64,000 bases of DNA. It comes from an uncultured Acidobacteriota bacterium. Its GTDB lineage: Bacteria; Acidobacteriota; Vicinamibacteria; Vicinamibacterales; UBA2999. Both the position numbers and the translations under genes were made by a program. The stretch lies in assembly GCA_963841905.1 (NCBI GenBank), contig CAWJEM010000022.1:92835-156834 (forward strand). Direction: 5' to 3'. Of the stretch, positions 8,967 to 19,884 are shown piece after piece. Each line of letters opens with the position of its first letter. Position 1 is the first letter of the stretch. The notes below the pieces were generated by a model. That model was given only the letters and a program-made list of their open reading frames with translations. It made no database searches and was not told the origin of the DNA.

Positions 8967-10629
8967 CGTCGTGTCTCCACCATCGGAATACGTACAGCCC
9001 GCTCACCTGCCGTGCGCAGCGCGTCTGCATATCCAGCGTCCGCGTGACGTGCAACGCCCAGCCCAGGATCGCACGTCAGCACTCGCTCCAGGCGCTCATC
9101 GGCTTCGCGCGAACCATCGGCAACAATCACCATCCCGGCATGAATGGAATAACCAATCCCGACGCCGCCGCCATGATGCACGGACACCCAGGTGGCTCCG
9201 GCGGAGGCGTTGAGCAGCGCGTTGAGGATTGGCCAGTCGGCAATCGCATCGCTCCCGTCACGCATCCCCTCGGTTTCGCGGTTGGGCGACGCAACGGATC
9301 CCGCATCCAGGTGATCGCGACCGATGACAATCGGCGCCTTGACCTCGCCACGTCGAACCAGCTCGTTGATCCGCAGTCCGAAACGAGCGCGGTCGCCATA
9401 CCCTAACCAGAAGATTCTGGCCGGCAGGCCCTGGAACGCGACCCGCTCACCGGCAAGGCGAATCCAGCGGCAGAGGGCCTCGTCATGGGCGAACATCTCC
9501 AGGGCCGCACGATCGGTCACGAAAATGTCTTCGGGGTCGCCTGACAATGCCGCCCACCGGAACGGTCCTTTCCCCTCGCAGAACAGCGGGCGGATGTATT
9601 CGGGCACGAATCCTGGGATTGCAAAGGCGTCTGCGACGCCGGCACGAGCCGCCTGGGCTCGAAGATTGTTCCCGTAGTCGAACGCCACCGCGCCACGCCG
9701 CTTCATCTCCAACATCGCCGTCACGTGAACGCCCATGGCGGCGACGGAGCGTCGTTCGTACTCCGCCGGGTTCGACGCGCGCAGCGCATCGGCGGCCGCG
9801 AGTGACAACCGATCCGGCACGTAACCCGTGAGCGCATCATGGGCCGACGTCTGATCGGTGACGATGTCAGGCGTCACTCCGCGACGTACAGCTCCGGGAG
9901 GACTTCGGCGGCGTTGCCCAGGAGTCCAATCGATCGCGCTTCTCGGGCCTGTTGCCAGGCGCGCACCCGTTCCAACGCGATCTCGATGTCTGTCGTCCAC
10001 TCATCCAAGTAGCGCGAGGCCACACGACGCTCGATACGCTTGGGGTCGATTTCGACGATCAGCGCGACGCCCTCGTTCATCGTGACGGCGAGCGGCTGGG
10101 CCCCGCCCATCCCACCCAGCCCGGCGGTCACCGTGAGCGTTCCCGCGAGGCTCCCGCCAAAGTGGCGGCGGGCGATGGCCGCCAGGGTCTCGTAAGTGCC
10201 CTGGAGGATGCCCTGCGTGCCGATATAAATCCAGCTGCCGGCCGTCATCTGGCCGTACATCGTGAGGCCACGGTCTTCGAGGTCTCGAAACGTTTCCCAG
10301 GTCGCCCACTTGGGAACCAGATTGGCGTTGGCGATCAGGACGCGGGGCGCATGGGCGTGGGTCCGGAACACCCCGACGGGCTTGCCGGACTGCACCACCA
10401 GCGTCTGGTCATCGGCGAGATGCCGCAGCTCGTGAACGATCGCGTCGAAGGCGGGCCAACTGCGCGCCGCCCGCCCCGTGCCGCCGTACACCACCAGATC
10501 ATCCGGACGTTCGGCCACCTCGGGGTCGAGGTTGTTCATCAACATTCGGAGCGCCGCTTCCTGGAGCCATCCCTTACACGTCAGCGACGTGCCACGGGGT
10601 GCGCGGACCAGACGAGCGGCAGTCGTCAT
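8963..10629 (-). pseudogene. hutU: Urocanate hydratase, frame broken by one missing base near 9889
   Basis: ORF 9874..10629 ([40 protein letters not shown]...[12 protein letters not shown]) and ORF 8963..10000 ([17 protein letters not shown]...[15 protein letters not shown]...) together make a full HutU. Reading gagctg[g]tacgtcgcggagtgacgcct restores ELVRRGVTP. Confidence 0.9.
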
Positions 10630-10724
10630 CGAAGGAGTCGTACGGAGGGCGAACGTGAAGCTAAGAAACTAAGCAGCGTGCCTCGCCTTGTCAATCGAAA
10701 TTGCAATCGACGATGATCACTAAA

Positions 10725-12239
10725 TCAGTTGACAACGACGCCGGAGGCGTACTCAAGTGTGCGGGACTGAATCATCTCAGCGATTCGATCGAGATCAGGA
10801 GCCGGCGGCCGATCATCCCCCAGCATCGCGACGTGTTGACGCACCGCCGCATGCACCTGCATCAGTGAATCGGATGATGCGAGCGGCGACAGCAAGTCGA
10901 TCGCCTGGCACGCACACAAGACCTCGACGGCGATCACGTTGATCGCCAGCTGCAAGGCGCGTTCCGCCTTCAGGGCCGCGGCCATGCTCATGCTGACATG
11001 ATCTTCCTTGTTCGCCGACGTCGGAATCGTGTCGACGCTGGCGGGATGGGCCAGTGTCTTGAGCTCGGAGGTGAGCGCGGCGGCCGTCACCTGGGCGATC
11101 ATCAAGCCCGAGTGCAGCCCGCCGTGCCGAGTGAGGAAGGCTGGCAGGCCGCTCAGCGCCGGGTTGACGAGGCGTTCGGAGCGTCGTTCGCTGATCGTCG
11201 CCAGCTGGGTGAGTGCGATCACCAGCAGATCGGATGCCACGGCCACTGGCGCGCCGTGAAAGTTGCCGCCCGAGACGATTTCGCCGGCCTCGGCGAAGAC
11301 CATCGGATTGTCGGTCGCTGAATTCATCTCGATGCGGATGACGTTGTGAACCCACGTGAGCGCGTCGCGCGCCGCACCATGGACCTGAGGCGCACATCGC
11401 ATCGAATAGGCATCTTGAACCCGACCGCAATTGGCGTGCGCCCGATTGATGCCGCTGCCGGTAATGAGCCGGGTAAGGTTGTCCGCGACCGTCCGTTGTC
11501 CCGCGAACGGTCGAGCCTCGTGAATCCGCCCTTCGAACGGCCGAACCGAGCCCTGAAGGGCATCGATGGAGAGGGCAGCGGCGACGTCGGCCGCCCGAGC
11601 GAGCCGTTCGGTGCCGGCGACGGCCAGCGCCGCGACCGCCGTGGACACTTGCGTGCCGTTGATGAGCGCGAGCCCTTCTTTCGGGCCCAGCACGACCGGC
11701 TCAATCCCCGCCTCGTCGAGCGCCTGTTTCGCGGGACGGGTCTCGTGACCGTCCCACACCTCGCCTTCGCCAATCAACACGAGCGCCATGTGTGCGAGCG
11801 GCGCGAGGTCGCCGCTGGCGCCGACCGATCCGCGACTGGGCACGCGAGGATGCACGCCGCGGTTCAACGCCGTGACGAGCGTGTCGAGCGTCTCGAGTCG
11901 GATGCCTGAAAAACCTTTGGCGAGGACGTTGGCGCGCAGGGCCATGGCCGCCCGCACGGCACGAATCGGCAGGGGCTTGCCGACACCGGCAGAGTGACTG
12001 CGGAGCAAGTTGATTTGGAGCTGCGCCACGTCCTCGCGCGGGATTCGTGTTTCAGCGAAAGAGCCAAACCCGGTGTTGACTCCATAGATCGGACGGTCGC
12101 CATCGGCCAGTGCATCGACGACGCGGCGAGCGGCTTGCACTTGCGCGCGCGCGTCCGGCGTGATGGCGATCGGCTCGCGCCCATCGGCGATGGCCACGAG
12201 TTGGTCGATGGTCAGGTCGTGGCCGTTCAATTCGATCAT
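10725..12239 (-). CDS. hutH: Histidine ammonia-lyase
   Basis: 504 aa, PIYGVNTGFGSFA...SRGSVGASGDLAPLAHMAL (ASG MIO motif)...NGTQVSTA...DAYSMRCAPQVHGA. Confidence 0.95.
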   Translation of the reverse strand: MIELNGHDLTIDQLVAIADGREPIAITPDARAQVQAARRVVDALADGDRPIYGVNTGFGSFAETRIPREDVAQLQINLLRSHSAGVGKPLPIRAVRAAMALRANVLAKGFSGIRLETLDTLVTALNRGVHPRVPSRGSVGASGDLAPLAHMALVLIGEGEVWDGHETRPAKQALDEAGIEPVVLGPKEGLALINGTQVSTAVAALAVAGTERLARAADVAAALSIDALQGSVRPFEGRIHEARPFAGQRTVADNLTRLITGSGINRAHANCGRVQDAYSMRCAPQVHGAARDALTWVHNVIRIEMNSATDNPMVFAEAGEIVSGGNFHGAPVAVASDLLVIALTQLATISERRSERLVNPALSGLPAFLTRHGGLHSGLMIAQVTAAALTSELKTLAHPASVDTIPTSANKEDHVSMSMAAALKAERALQLAINVIAVEVLCACQAIDLLSPLASSDSLMQVHAAVRQHVAMLGDDRPPAPDLDRIAEMIQSRTLEYASGVVVN

Positions 12240-12257
12240 GTCACGACAATGATAATG

Positions 12258-13822
<1,565 letters not shown>

Positions 13823-13827
13823 CGCGC

Positions 13828-13937
13828 GAAGTTACAAGTTACAAGTTACAAGTTCAAAGTTCAATTGAAGGAGACTACCGCAGCGCGAGCCAACTCGCGA
13901 GCGCTGTTTGGAACTTGTCACTTGTCACTTGTAACTC
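13828..13937. repeat. Heptamer array hairpin of the GTTACAA family
   Basis: gttacaa x3, gttcaaa, gttcaat ... inner small hairpin cgcgag-ccaa-ctcgcg ... ttggaac ttgtcac ttgtcac ttgtaac. Lies between the purA stop and the ABC ATPase start. Confidence 0.9.
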
Positions 13938-13979
13938 TGCCTTCTGATCTCGCGTCGTCAAACGCAGTAGGATCGACAG

Positions 13980-14918
13980 GTGTCGCTCGAGTCGCTTGCC
14001 GTGCGTTGTCGCGGCGTCATCAAACGCTACGGCGACGTGACCGCCGTCGACGGCCTCGACCTCGATGTGGAGCGGGGCGAGTGCTTCGGCTTGCTGGGAC
14101 CGAACGGCGCCGGGAAGACAACGTCGATCGAAATTCTCGAAGGGCTGCTGGCCGCCGATTCCGGCGATGTCCAGGTCCTGGGTCGCAGCTGGCAGACCGA
14201 TCGCGCGTGGCTTCGTGCCCGCCTCGGTATTCAATTGCAGGAGACCCAACTCGCCGACAAGCTGACCGTCGCCGAAACGTTGTCTCTATTCCGTTCGTTC
14301 TATCCAGACGGCCCGACGGTCGATGAGCTGCTGGCGACCGTCGAACTCGGAACCAAACGAGACAGTTGGGTCGTCAAGCTCTCCGGCGGTCAGAAGCAGC
14401 GACTGTCGGTGGCGTGTGCCATGGCCGGCAAGCCCGATCTGTTGTTTCTCGACGAGCCGACAACCGGACTGGATCCGCAGTCGCGGCGTCAGCTCTGGGG
14501 CGTGCTCGAGCGGTTCAGCGAGACGGGCGGGACGATTCTGATTACAACGCATTACATGGACGAAGCGCACGCGCTGTGCGATCGCGTGGGAATCATGGAT
14601 CTCGGAAAGTTGATCGCGCTCGGCACTCCGACAGCCCTTGTTGCCGGCCTTGGCGCCCAGCACGTCGTCGACTTTGCCGTGGCCGACCCGACGCGCCTGC
14701 CGGCTGATGACCGGTTGCGGGCGTTGCCTGGCGTGACCGAAGTGCGGCACAACGACGAGGCGGTGTCGCTGGCGACCGCGGAGGTGCATCGCGCGTTGCC
14801 GGCATTGCTCGACCTGGTGCGCGAGCATCAGGTTGACCTCAGTCTCTTGACGACGCATAGCGCGACGCTCGAAGACGTGTTCGTGGCGCTCACCGGCCGT
14901 CACCTTCGCGAAGCCTAG
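13980..14918 (+). CDS. ABC transporter ATP-binding protein (ABC-2/DrrA-like exporter)
   Basis: GLLGPNGAGKTTSIEIL (Walker A), LSGGQKQRLSVACAM (signature), LLFLDEPTTGLD (Walker B). GTG start. Confidence 0.9.
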   Translation: MSLESLAVRCRGVIKRYGDVTAVDGLDLDVERGECFGLLGPNGAGKTTSIEILEGLLAADSGDVQVLGRSWQTDRAWLRARLGIQLQETQLADKLTVAETLSLFRSFYPDGPTVDELLATVELGTKRDSWVVKLSGGQKQRLSVACAMAGKPDLLFLDEPTTGLDPQSRRQLWGVLERFSETGGTILITTHYMDEAHALCDRVGIMDLGKLIALGTPTALVAGLGAQHVVDFAVADPTRLPADDRLRALPGVTEVRHNDEAVSLATAEVHRALPALLDLVREHQVDLSLLTTHSATLEDVFVALTGRHLREA

Positions 14919-14967
14919 CGAGGCTTCGCCTCAGACCGCTGAGCACGTTCTACTGAAGCCGCCCAAG

Positions 14968-15999
14968 ATGCCTAGACATCCGCTCATCGAGCTCACGCTG
15001 GCGCGCTTCCGCGAGTTCGTTCGCGAACCGGAAGCGGTGTTCTGGTCGTTCGCGTTTCCGATCATCATGACGTGCGCGCTGGGTGTTGCGTTTCGATCGA
15101 GCACCGACGCGCCAATCATCGTCGGGGTGGCGCAGACGCAAGGTGCGGACGCCGTCACCCGTTCGCTCGAGCGCGCCGGGGGGTTCGTCGTGCGGACGAT
15201 TCCCGCTCCGGAGATTGAGCGTGCCGTCCGCGATGGCCGCGCAGCGGTCGTTGTCGAAGCCGGGCAGCCGCCCGTGTACCACTTCGATGCGGCGCGCGCA
15301 GAAAGCCAGGCGGCGCGCCTCGCCGTCGACGAAGCGCTTCAACGCGCGGCAGGCCGATCGGATGTCTTCGTGGCCGAACGTCGTCCGGTCGCGCAAATTG
15401 GTTCGCGCTACATCGACTGGCTGGTCCCGGGGTTGCTCGGGATGGGCATCATGAGCACCGGTATGTGGTCGGTGAGCTTCTCGATCGTGACCGCGCGGAC
15501 GCGCAAGCTGCTCAAGCGTCTGGTGGCAACGCCGATGTCCCGCACGCATTACCTCGCGTCGTTCGTGCTGAGCCGTCTCGTGTTTCTCGCGCTCGAGTCC
15601 GTTGTCCTTGTCGGCTTCAGCTGGCTGGTGTTCGGCGTGGCCGTGCGAGGGTCGCTCGGGACGCTCGCCGCCGTCTGCATGACTGGCGCTCTGGCGTTCG
15701 GCGGAATGGCGTTGCTGGTGTGCAGTCGCGCTCGGACCATCGAAGCCGTGTCCGGCCTGTTGAACCTCGTGATGTTGCCGATGTGGGTGCTGTCGGGAGT
15801 CTTTTTCGCGTCGACGAACTTTCCTGACGTGATGCAGCCATTCATCCAGGCGCTTCCGCTGACGGCACTCATCGACGCACTCCGCGTCATCGTGAACGAA
15901 GGATTATCGATTGCCAGCGTTGCGGGTGAGTTGGCGATTCTGTCGATCTGGGGCAGCGTGTCCTTCGTGTTGTCCTTGAAGTTGTTTCGCTGGCAATGA
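14968..15999 (+). CDS. ABC-2 type transporter permease
   Basis: 343 aa with a REPEAVFWSFAFPIIM N-terminus, a large loop, then 5 C-terminal TM segments. Follows the ATPase gene. Confidence 0.8.
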   Translation: MPRHPLIELTLARFREFVREPEAVFWSFAFPIIMTCALGVAFRSSTDAPIIVGVAQTQGADAVTRSLERAGGFVVRTIPAPEIERAVRDGRAAVVVEAGQPPVYHFDAARAESQAARLAVDEALQRAAGRSDVFVAERRPVAQIGSRYIDWLVPGLLGMGIMSTGMWSVSFSIVTARTRKLLKRLVATPMSRTHYLASFVLSRLVFLALESVVLVGFSWLVFGVAVRGSLGTLAAVCMTGALAFGGMALLVCSRARTIEAVSGLLNLVMLPMWVLSGVFFASTNFPDVMQPFIQALPLTALIDALRVIVNEGLSIASVAGELAILSIWGSVSFVLSLKLFRWQ

Positions 16000-16000
16000 C

Positions 16001-16065
16001 TGGCAGTCAGCAGCCAGCAGCCAGCAGGCAGCAGCTGGCGACCGGCAGCCGGCTGCCGGCAGCTA
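16001..16065. repeat. CAGCAGC-type heptamer array containing an 18-nt perfect palindrome
   Basis: cagcagc cagcagc cagcagg cagcagc tggcgac cggcagc cggctgc cggcagc, with ccggcagccggctgccgg at 16042-16059. It occupies the whole 66-nt gap between two convergent stop codons. Confidence 0.85.
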
Positions 16066-17322
16066 CTAGCGAAGCCCACAGAAGCGCATCGCCGTAAGTG
16101 CGAGAACTCTGGCGGTGGTCATCAGGTCGTCGATCCGGACGAATTCGTCGGGACGATGAGCGTGCCGCACGTTGCCTGGCCCGAAGAGCACTGTGGGGAC
16201 GCCGCCCTGGTTGACCAGTAGCCGCATGTCCGCGCCGTAGGTCATGGCTTCGAGTCGAGGAGGCCGGGTGGTCACGTCCGAGATTGCGCCGGCGGTCGTG
16301 GAAACGATGAGCGCCCGTTCGTCTGTCTCGGCCGGCAGGAACTGACCGCCCCACCATTCGACGGTCGGTGGATGCTCCTCGAGGTGTGGGTTTCGATGGG
16401 CGGCGCCGGACACGATCCGCTCGAACGCGATCTTGGCGTCGGCGGCATTCTCGCCCGGTGCGATTCCGAATCGCCCTTCGCAGACCAGCCGATCCGGGAC
16501 CGACGAAGGCCAGTCACCCGCACTCATCCGTCCGACCGAGAGCGCGAATGGGAGCCGGTAGCGCTCGAAGCGCGGGCTTCGCAACCGCGCGTTGCGCTCC
16601 GTTTCAAAGGCGAGCAGCGCATCGTGAATCGGCCGAAATAGCTCGATCGCGCTCACGCCCTCTTCGCGCACGCAGCCGTGTGCGGATCGACCCTGAATCC
16701 GAATACGAAATGTCAGCGCGCCGGCGTGTGACGTGGCCAGCATCAGCTCGGTCGGCTCCATCGACACGGCGCCATCACCACCGTGACCGCGAAGGAGCGT
16801 TGCCAGTGTGCCCGCACCCCCGTCTTCCTCGGCCACCACCGACTGCAGCGCGACGCGCCCGCGCAGCCTGATGCCGCACACGGCCAACGCGCGCAGTGCG
16901 GCGATTGCCGCCGCGAGCCCGCCCTTCATATCGCAGGCGCCTCGCCCAAACACGCAGCCGTCGCGTACCGTCGCCTCCCACGGGTTGGTTGTCCATTGAT
17001 CGTGATCGCCGACCGGCACGACGTCGACGTGACCGTTGAGGATCAGCGTCGCCCCGTCGCCTTCGCCGAGCGTGCCGACGACGCCGAGTCCAGTTGTGCG
17101 TGGCACCTCCATCGCAAACGCCGGATGAGTCCGAATGGCGTCGAAATCGATGGTCCAGCAGTCGAGCGTCATGCCGAGAGAGCGGAGGCAACCGGCCATC
17201 CACTCCTGAGCCGGCGATTCATCCCCGCCGAGGCTGCGGATGCCAATCAGTGCGGCGAGATCGCTCAGGAGTTGCGGCCATTCGATCGCCTCGAGGACGT
17301 GAGCTTCCAGTGCCGTCGGCAT
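16066..17322 (-). CDS. M20 family metallopeptidase (ArgE/DapE/acetylornithine deacetylase-like)
   Basis: 418 aa, LILNGHVDVVPVGDHDQWTTNPWEATVRDGCVFGRGACDMKGGLAAAIAAL...VVAEEDGGAGT...FGPGNVRHAHRPDEFV. Confidence 0.85.
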   Translation of the reverse strand: MPTALEAHVLEAIEWPQLLSDLAALIGIRSLGGDESPAQEWMAGCLRSLGMTLDCWTIDFDAIRTHPAFAMEVPRTTGLGVVGTLGEGDGATLILNGHVDVVPVGDHDQWTTNPWEATVRDGCVFGRGACDMKGGLAAAIAALRALAVCGIRLRGRVALQSVVAEEDGGAGTLATLLRGHGGDGAVSMEPTELMLATSHAGALTFRIRIQGRSAHGCVREEGVSAIELFRPIHDALLAFETERNARLRSPRFERYRLPFALSVGRMSAGDWPSSVPDRLVCEGRFGIAPGENAADAKIAFERIVSGAAHRNPHLEEHPPTVEWWGGQFLPAETDERALIVSTTAGAISDVTTRPPRLEAMTYGADMRLLVNQGGVPTVLFGPGNVRHAHRPDEFVRIDDLMTTARVLALTAMRFCGLR

Positions 17323-17373
17323 GGCTGAGATTGAACCTTATTTCGGGCGCGTGCGTCTCATGCCTAGTAGCCA

Positions 17374-17389
17374 TGCTAAATAATTAGCA
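17374..17389. promoter_or_regulatory. AT-rich near-palindrome TGCTAAATAATTAGCA upstream of the ADOP permease RBS
   Basis: 14 of 16 positions self-complementary, 5 nt before AGGAGG and 15 nt before ATG 17404. It stands out in GC-rich DNA. Confidence 0.35.
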
Positions 17390-17403
17390 ATGCAGGAGGA
17401 CCG

Positions 17404-19788
17404 ATGCGTTTGGACATTCTGACCGCGTGGCGACAACTACGTCGGGCGCCGGGCACGGCCGTAGCTGCGATTGCCACCCTGGCGGTCGGTATCGGCGCCA
17501 CGACGGCTGTTTTCTCGTTCGTCACCGCGGTCATGTCAGCGGCGTCTCCCGCGCCTGATATGGAAGGCGTGGTTGCTGTGTGGTCACATAATCGCAACGA
17601 ATCCGAAACCAAAGGGCTGGTTTCGCCAGCCGATTTTCTCGACTGGGGGAGACGCTCCACCTCCTTCGATGCAGTGGCCGCATGGCGCGGGACGCAGATC
17701 AACGTCAGCGGAACGACGACTGCAGTCCGTACGGACGCCATGGTGGTGACGCCCTCATACCTGCAGATCTTTGACTGGCGCCCAATGCTTGGCAGGCCAT
17801 TCACGGATCAGGATGCGCTGAGCGGTGCGCCTCGAACCGCGATTGCGTCCTATCCGTTCTGGCAGAACACGCTCAACGGCCGGCCAGACGTGATCGGCCA
17901 CACGATCAGACTGGATGGCGCGCCCGCGACCATCATCGGCGTGCTGCCGCGGCTGCCGGCGCTGACCGGACTCCTGCTGCCGTTGTCGCTGGACGCACAG
18001 CAGTCGGAGCGCAGCGCGCGTACGCTCTTCGTGTTCGCGCGGCTGCGCTCAGGTGTGTCAATCGAGGCCGCTCGCGCGGAGATGGAGTCCATCGGCCAGG
18101 CGCTCGAGCGCGACTTTCCCGACACCAATCGCGGATGGTCGGTCAACACGCGGCCCGCCCAGGAGGAGTTCGTCGGCCCGCAAGCGCGTCTCGTGTTTGC
18201 GCTGCTCGTGGGGCTCGTCACCGCAGTGCTGTTGATTGGGTGTGTCAACGTCGCCAACCTCCTGCTCGCGCGAGGGGCCTCGCGTCGTGGCGAATTGGCA
18301 GTGCGACTGGCGCTCGGCGCAGGCGGGTGGAGGGTCGCGCGCCAACTGTTGATCGAGTGCGCGGTATTGGCGGTGCTTGGCGGTGTGCTGTCGCTCGTCG
18401 TGTCGCGGTGGACGCTCAACCTGCTGATGACCTTGGGCTCGATCGATTCGCCCTGGGTCGCCAACGGCGGCATCAATCCTCGCGCGTTGCTCCTCACCGC
18501 GCTCGCCAGCCTTGCCGCAACCGTGCTTGCCGGTCTGGCGCCTGCGCTGTCGGCGCGCCGGGCGAACCTCGTGTCCGGTTTGCACGACTCAGGTCGCTCC
18601 GGAGGAAGGGGTACACGCCGCACGACACGAATCCTGGTGACCGCCCAGGTCGCCATGGCCGTCGCCTTGCTGGTTGTCGCGGGCCTCGCGACTCGCACAC
18701 TCATCGCACTCGAGCGGTTGGAGCCGGGGTTCGAGATGGAGAATGTCCTGACCGCGTCGGTCACCTTGCCGGACTCGATGCCGCCCGACGTGGCCCATCG
18801 CTGGATTGAGGAGTCGATCGATCGGGCGCGGCGACTGCCGGGCGTCGTCGCCGCGGGCGCCACGTCACGTCTGCCGTTTGCCGGCGGGCGCTGGAACGCG
18901 AATCGTGGGCTCGAGATCGAAGGGCAGTCGGCCACGACGTCGGAGGGACGCTGGGCCGTTGACTATGTGATCACCCCGGGACTCTTCGAGTCGCTCCGCG
19001 TCCCGCTGGTTGACGGCCGGCTGTTCGCGCCCAGCGACGGCGCGGAGACGCAGCCGGTTGCAATCGTGAACCAAGCAATGGCGCGACGATTCTGGCCCAA
19101 CCGGTCGCCGATCGGCGCGCGGCTCCGCCAAGGAGGGACAGACAGCGTTTGGCGAACCGTCGTGGGTGTCGTCGCCGATATCCGCAATGACGATGCCGAC
19201 CAGCCACCGTTGCCGTATCTCTATGTACCGCTGGCTCAGGAACCCATTCGAACGGTGTCGATCGCCATCCGCACAGCGAACGATCCCGCGAGGCTCGCCG
19301 ACCCGCTGCGACAAGCGATCGCGGCATTTGATCCCGATCAGCCACTCTATGACGTTCGGACGATGGTCGACCTGTGGGCAGCGGATCTTCAGGGCTCTCG
19401 CATCCTCATCCAGGTGATGAGCGCGCTCGCGCTGATCGCGCTGGGCCTGGCCGGCCTTGGTGTCTGGGGGGTTGCCGCCCAAGCCGTCGGGCAGCGCACC
19501 CGCGAGATCGGCGTCCGGGTTGCGCTGGGCGCAAGCGCTGCTCAAGTCGGCCGATTGATTGCGTGGCAGGGGTTCGTGCCGATTGCGATTGGCCTTGCGA
19601 TTGGACTGGTTGTGGGACTGGGCCTCGGTCGCGTGATGCGCAGCATCCTGTTCCAGGTCACGCCAACCGATTCGCTCACGCTCGCCGGCACGCTGACGCT
19701 GCTCGCGCTAGTCGGACTCGCGGCAACTCTCGGCCCCGCCCTGCGAGCCGCTCGCCTCGACCCGCTGGCGGCGCTAAGGACGGAGTAA
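17404..19788 (+). CDS. ADOP-family (MacB/FtsX-like, duplicated) ABC permease
   Basis: 794 aa in one frame. MRLDILTAWRQLRRAPGTAVAAIATLAVGIGATTAVFSFV...CVNVANLLLARGASRRGELAVRLALGAG...REIGVRVALGASAAQV (two FtsX modules). Confidence 0.9.
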   Translation: MRLDILTAWRQLRRAPGTAVAAIATLAVGIGATTAVFSFVTAVMSAASPAPDMEGVVAVWSHNRNESETKGLVSPADFLDWGRRSTSFDAVAAWRGTQINVSGTTTAVRTDAMVVTPSYLQIFDWRPMLGRPFTDQDALSGAPRTAIASYPFWQNTLNGRPDVIGHTIRLDGAPATIIGVLPRLPALTGLLLPLSLDAQQSERSARTLFVFARLRSGVSIEAARAEMESIGQALERDFPDTNRGWSVNTRPAQEEFVGPQARLVFALLVGLVTAVLLIGCVNVANLLLARGASRRGELAVRLALGAGGWRVARQLLIECAVLAVLGGVLSLVVSRWTLNLLMTLGSIDSPWVANGGINPRALLLTALASLAATVLAGLAPALSARRANLVSGLHDSGRSGGRGTRRTTRILVTAQVAMAVALLVVAGLATRTLIALERLEPGFEMENVLTASVTLPDSMPPDVAHRWIEESIDRARRLPGVVAAGATSRLPFAGGRWNANRGLEIEGQSATTSEGRWAVDYVITPGLFESLRVPLVDGRLFAPSDGAETQPVAIVNQAMARRFWPNRSPIGARLRQGGTDSVWRTVVGVVADIRNDDADQPPLPYLYVPLAQEPIRTVSIAIRTANDPARLADPLRQAIAAFDPDQPLYDVRTMVDLWAADLQGSRILIQVMSALALIALGLAGLGVWGVAAQAVGQRTREIGVRVALGASAAQVGRLIAWQGFVPIAIGLAIGLVVGLGLGRVMRSILFQVTPTDSLTLAGTLTLLALVGLAATLGPALRAARLDPLAALRTE

Positions 19789-19789
19789 A

Positions 19790-19884
19790 GCAGGGCACAG
19801 GGCGTAGGGCGTAGGGCGTAGGCGGCAGGGGATAGGGTCCCTAAGCCCCTCCCTATGCCCTACGCCCTATGCCCCATGCCCTAG
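19790..19884. repeat. Heptamer array hairpin: (GGGCGTA/GGGCACA)n and (TACGCCC/TATGCCC)n
   Basis: gcagggc acagggc gtagggc gtagggc gtaggcg gcagggg atagggt ccc | taagccc ctcccta tgcccta cgcccta tgcccca tgcccta g. The ppk stop codon (19881-19883) lies in the right arm. Confidence 0.9.
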
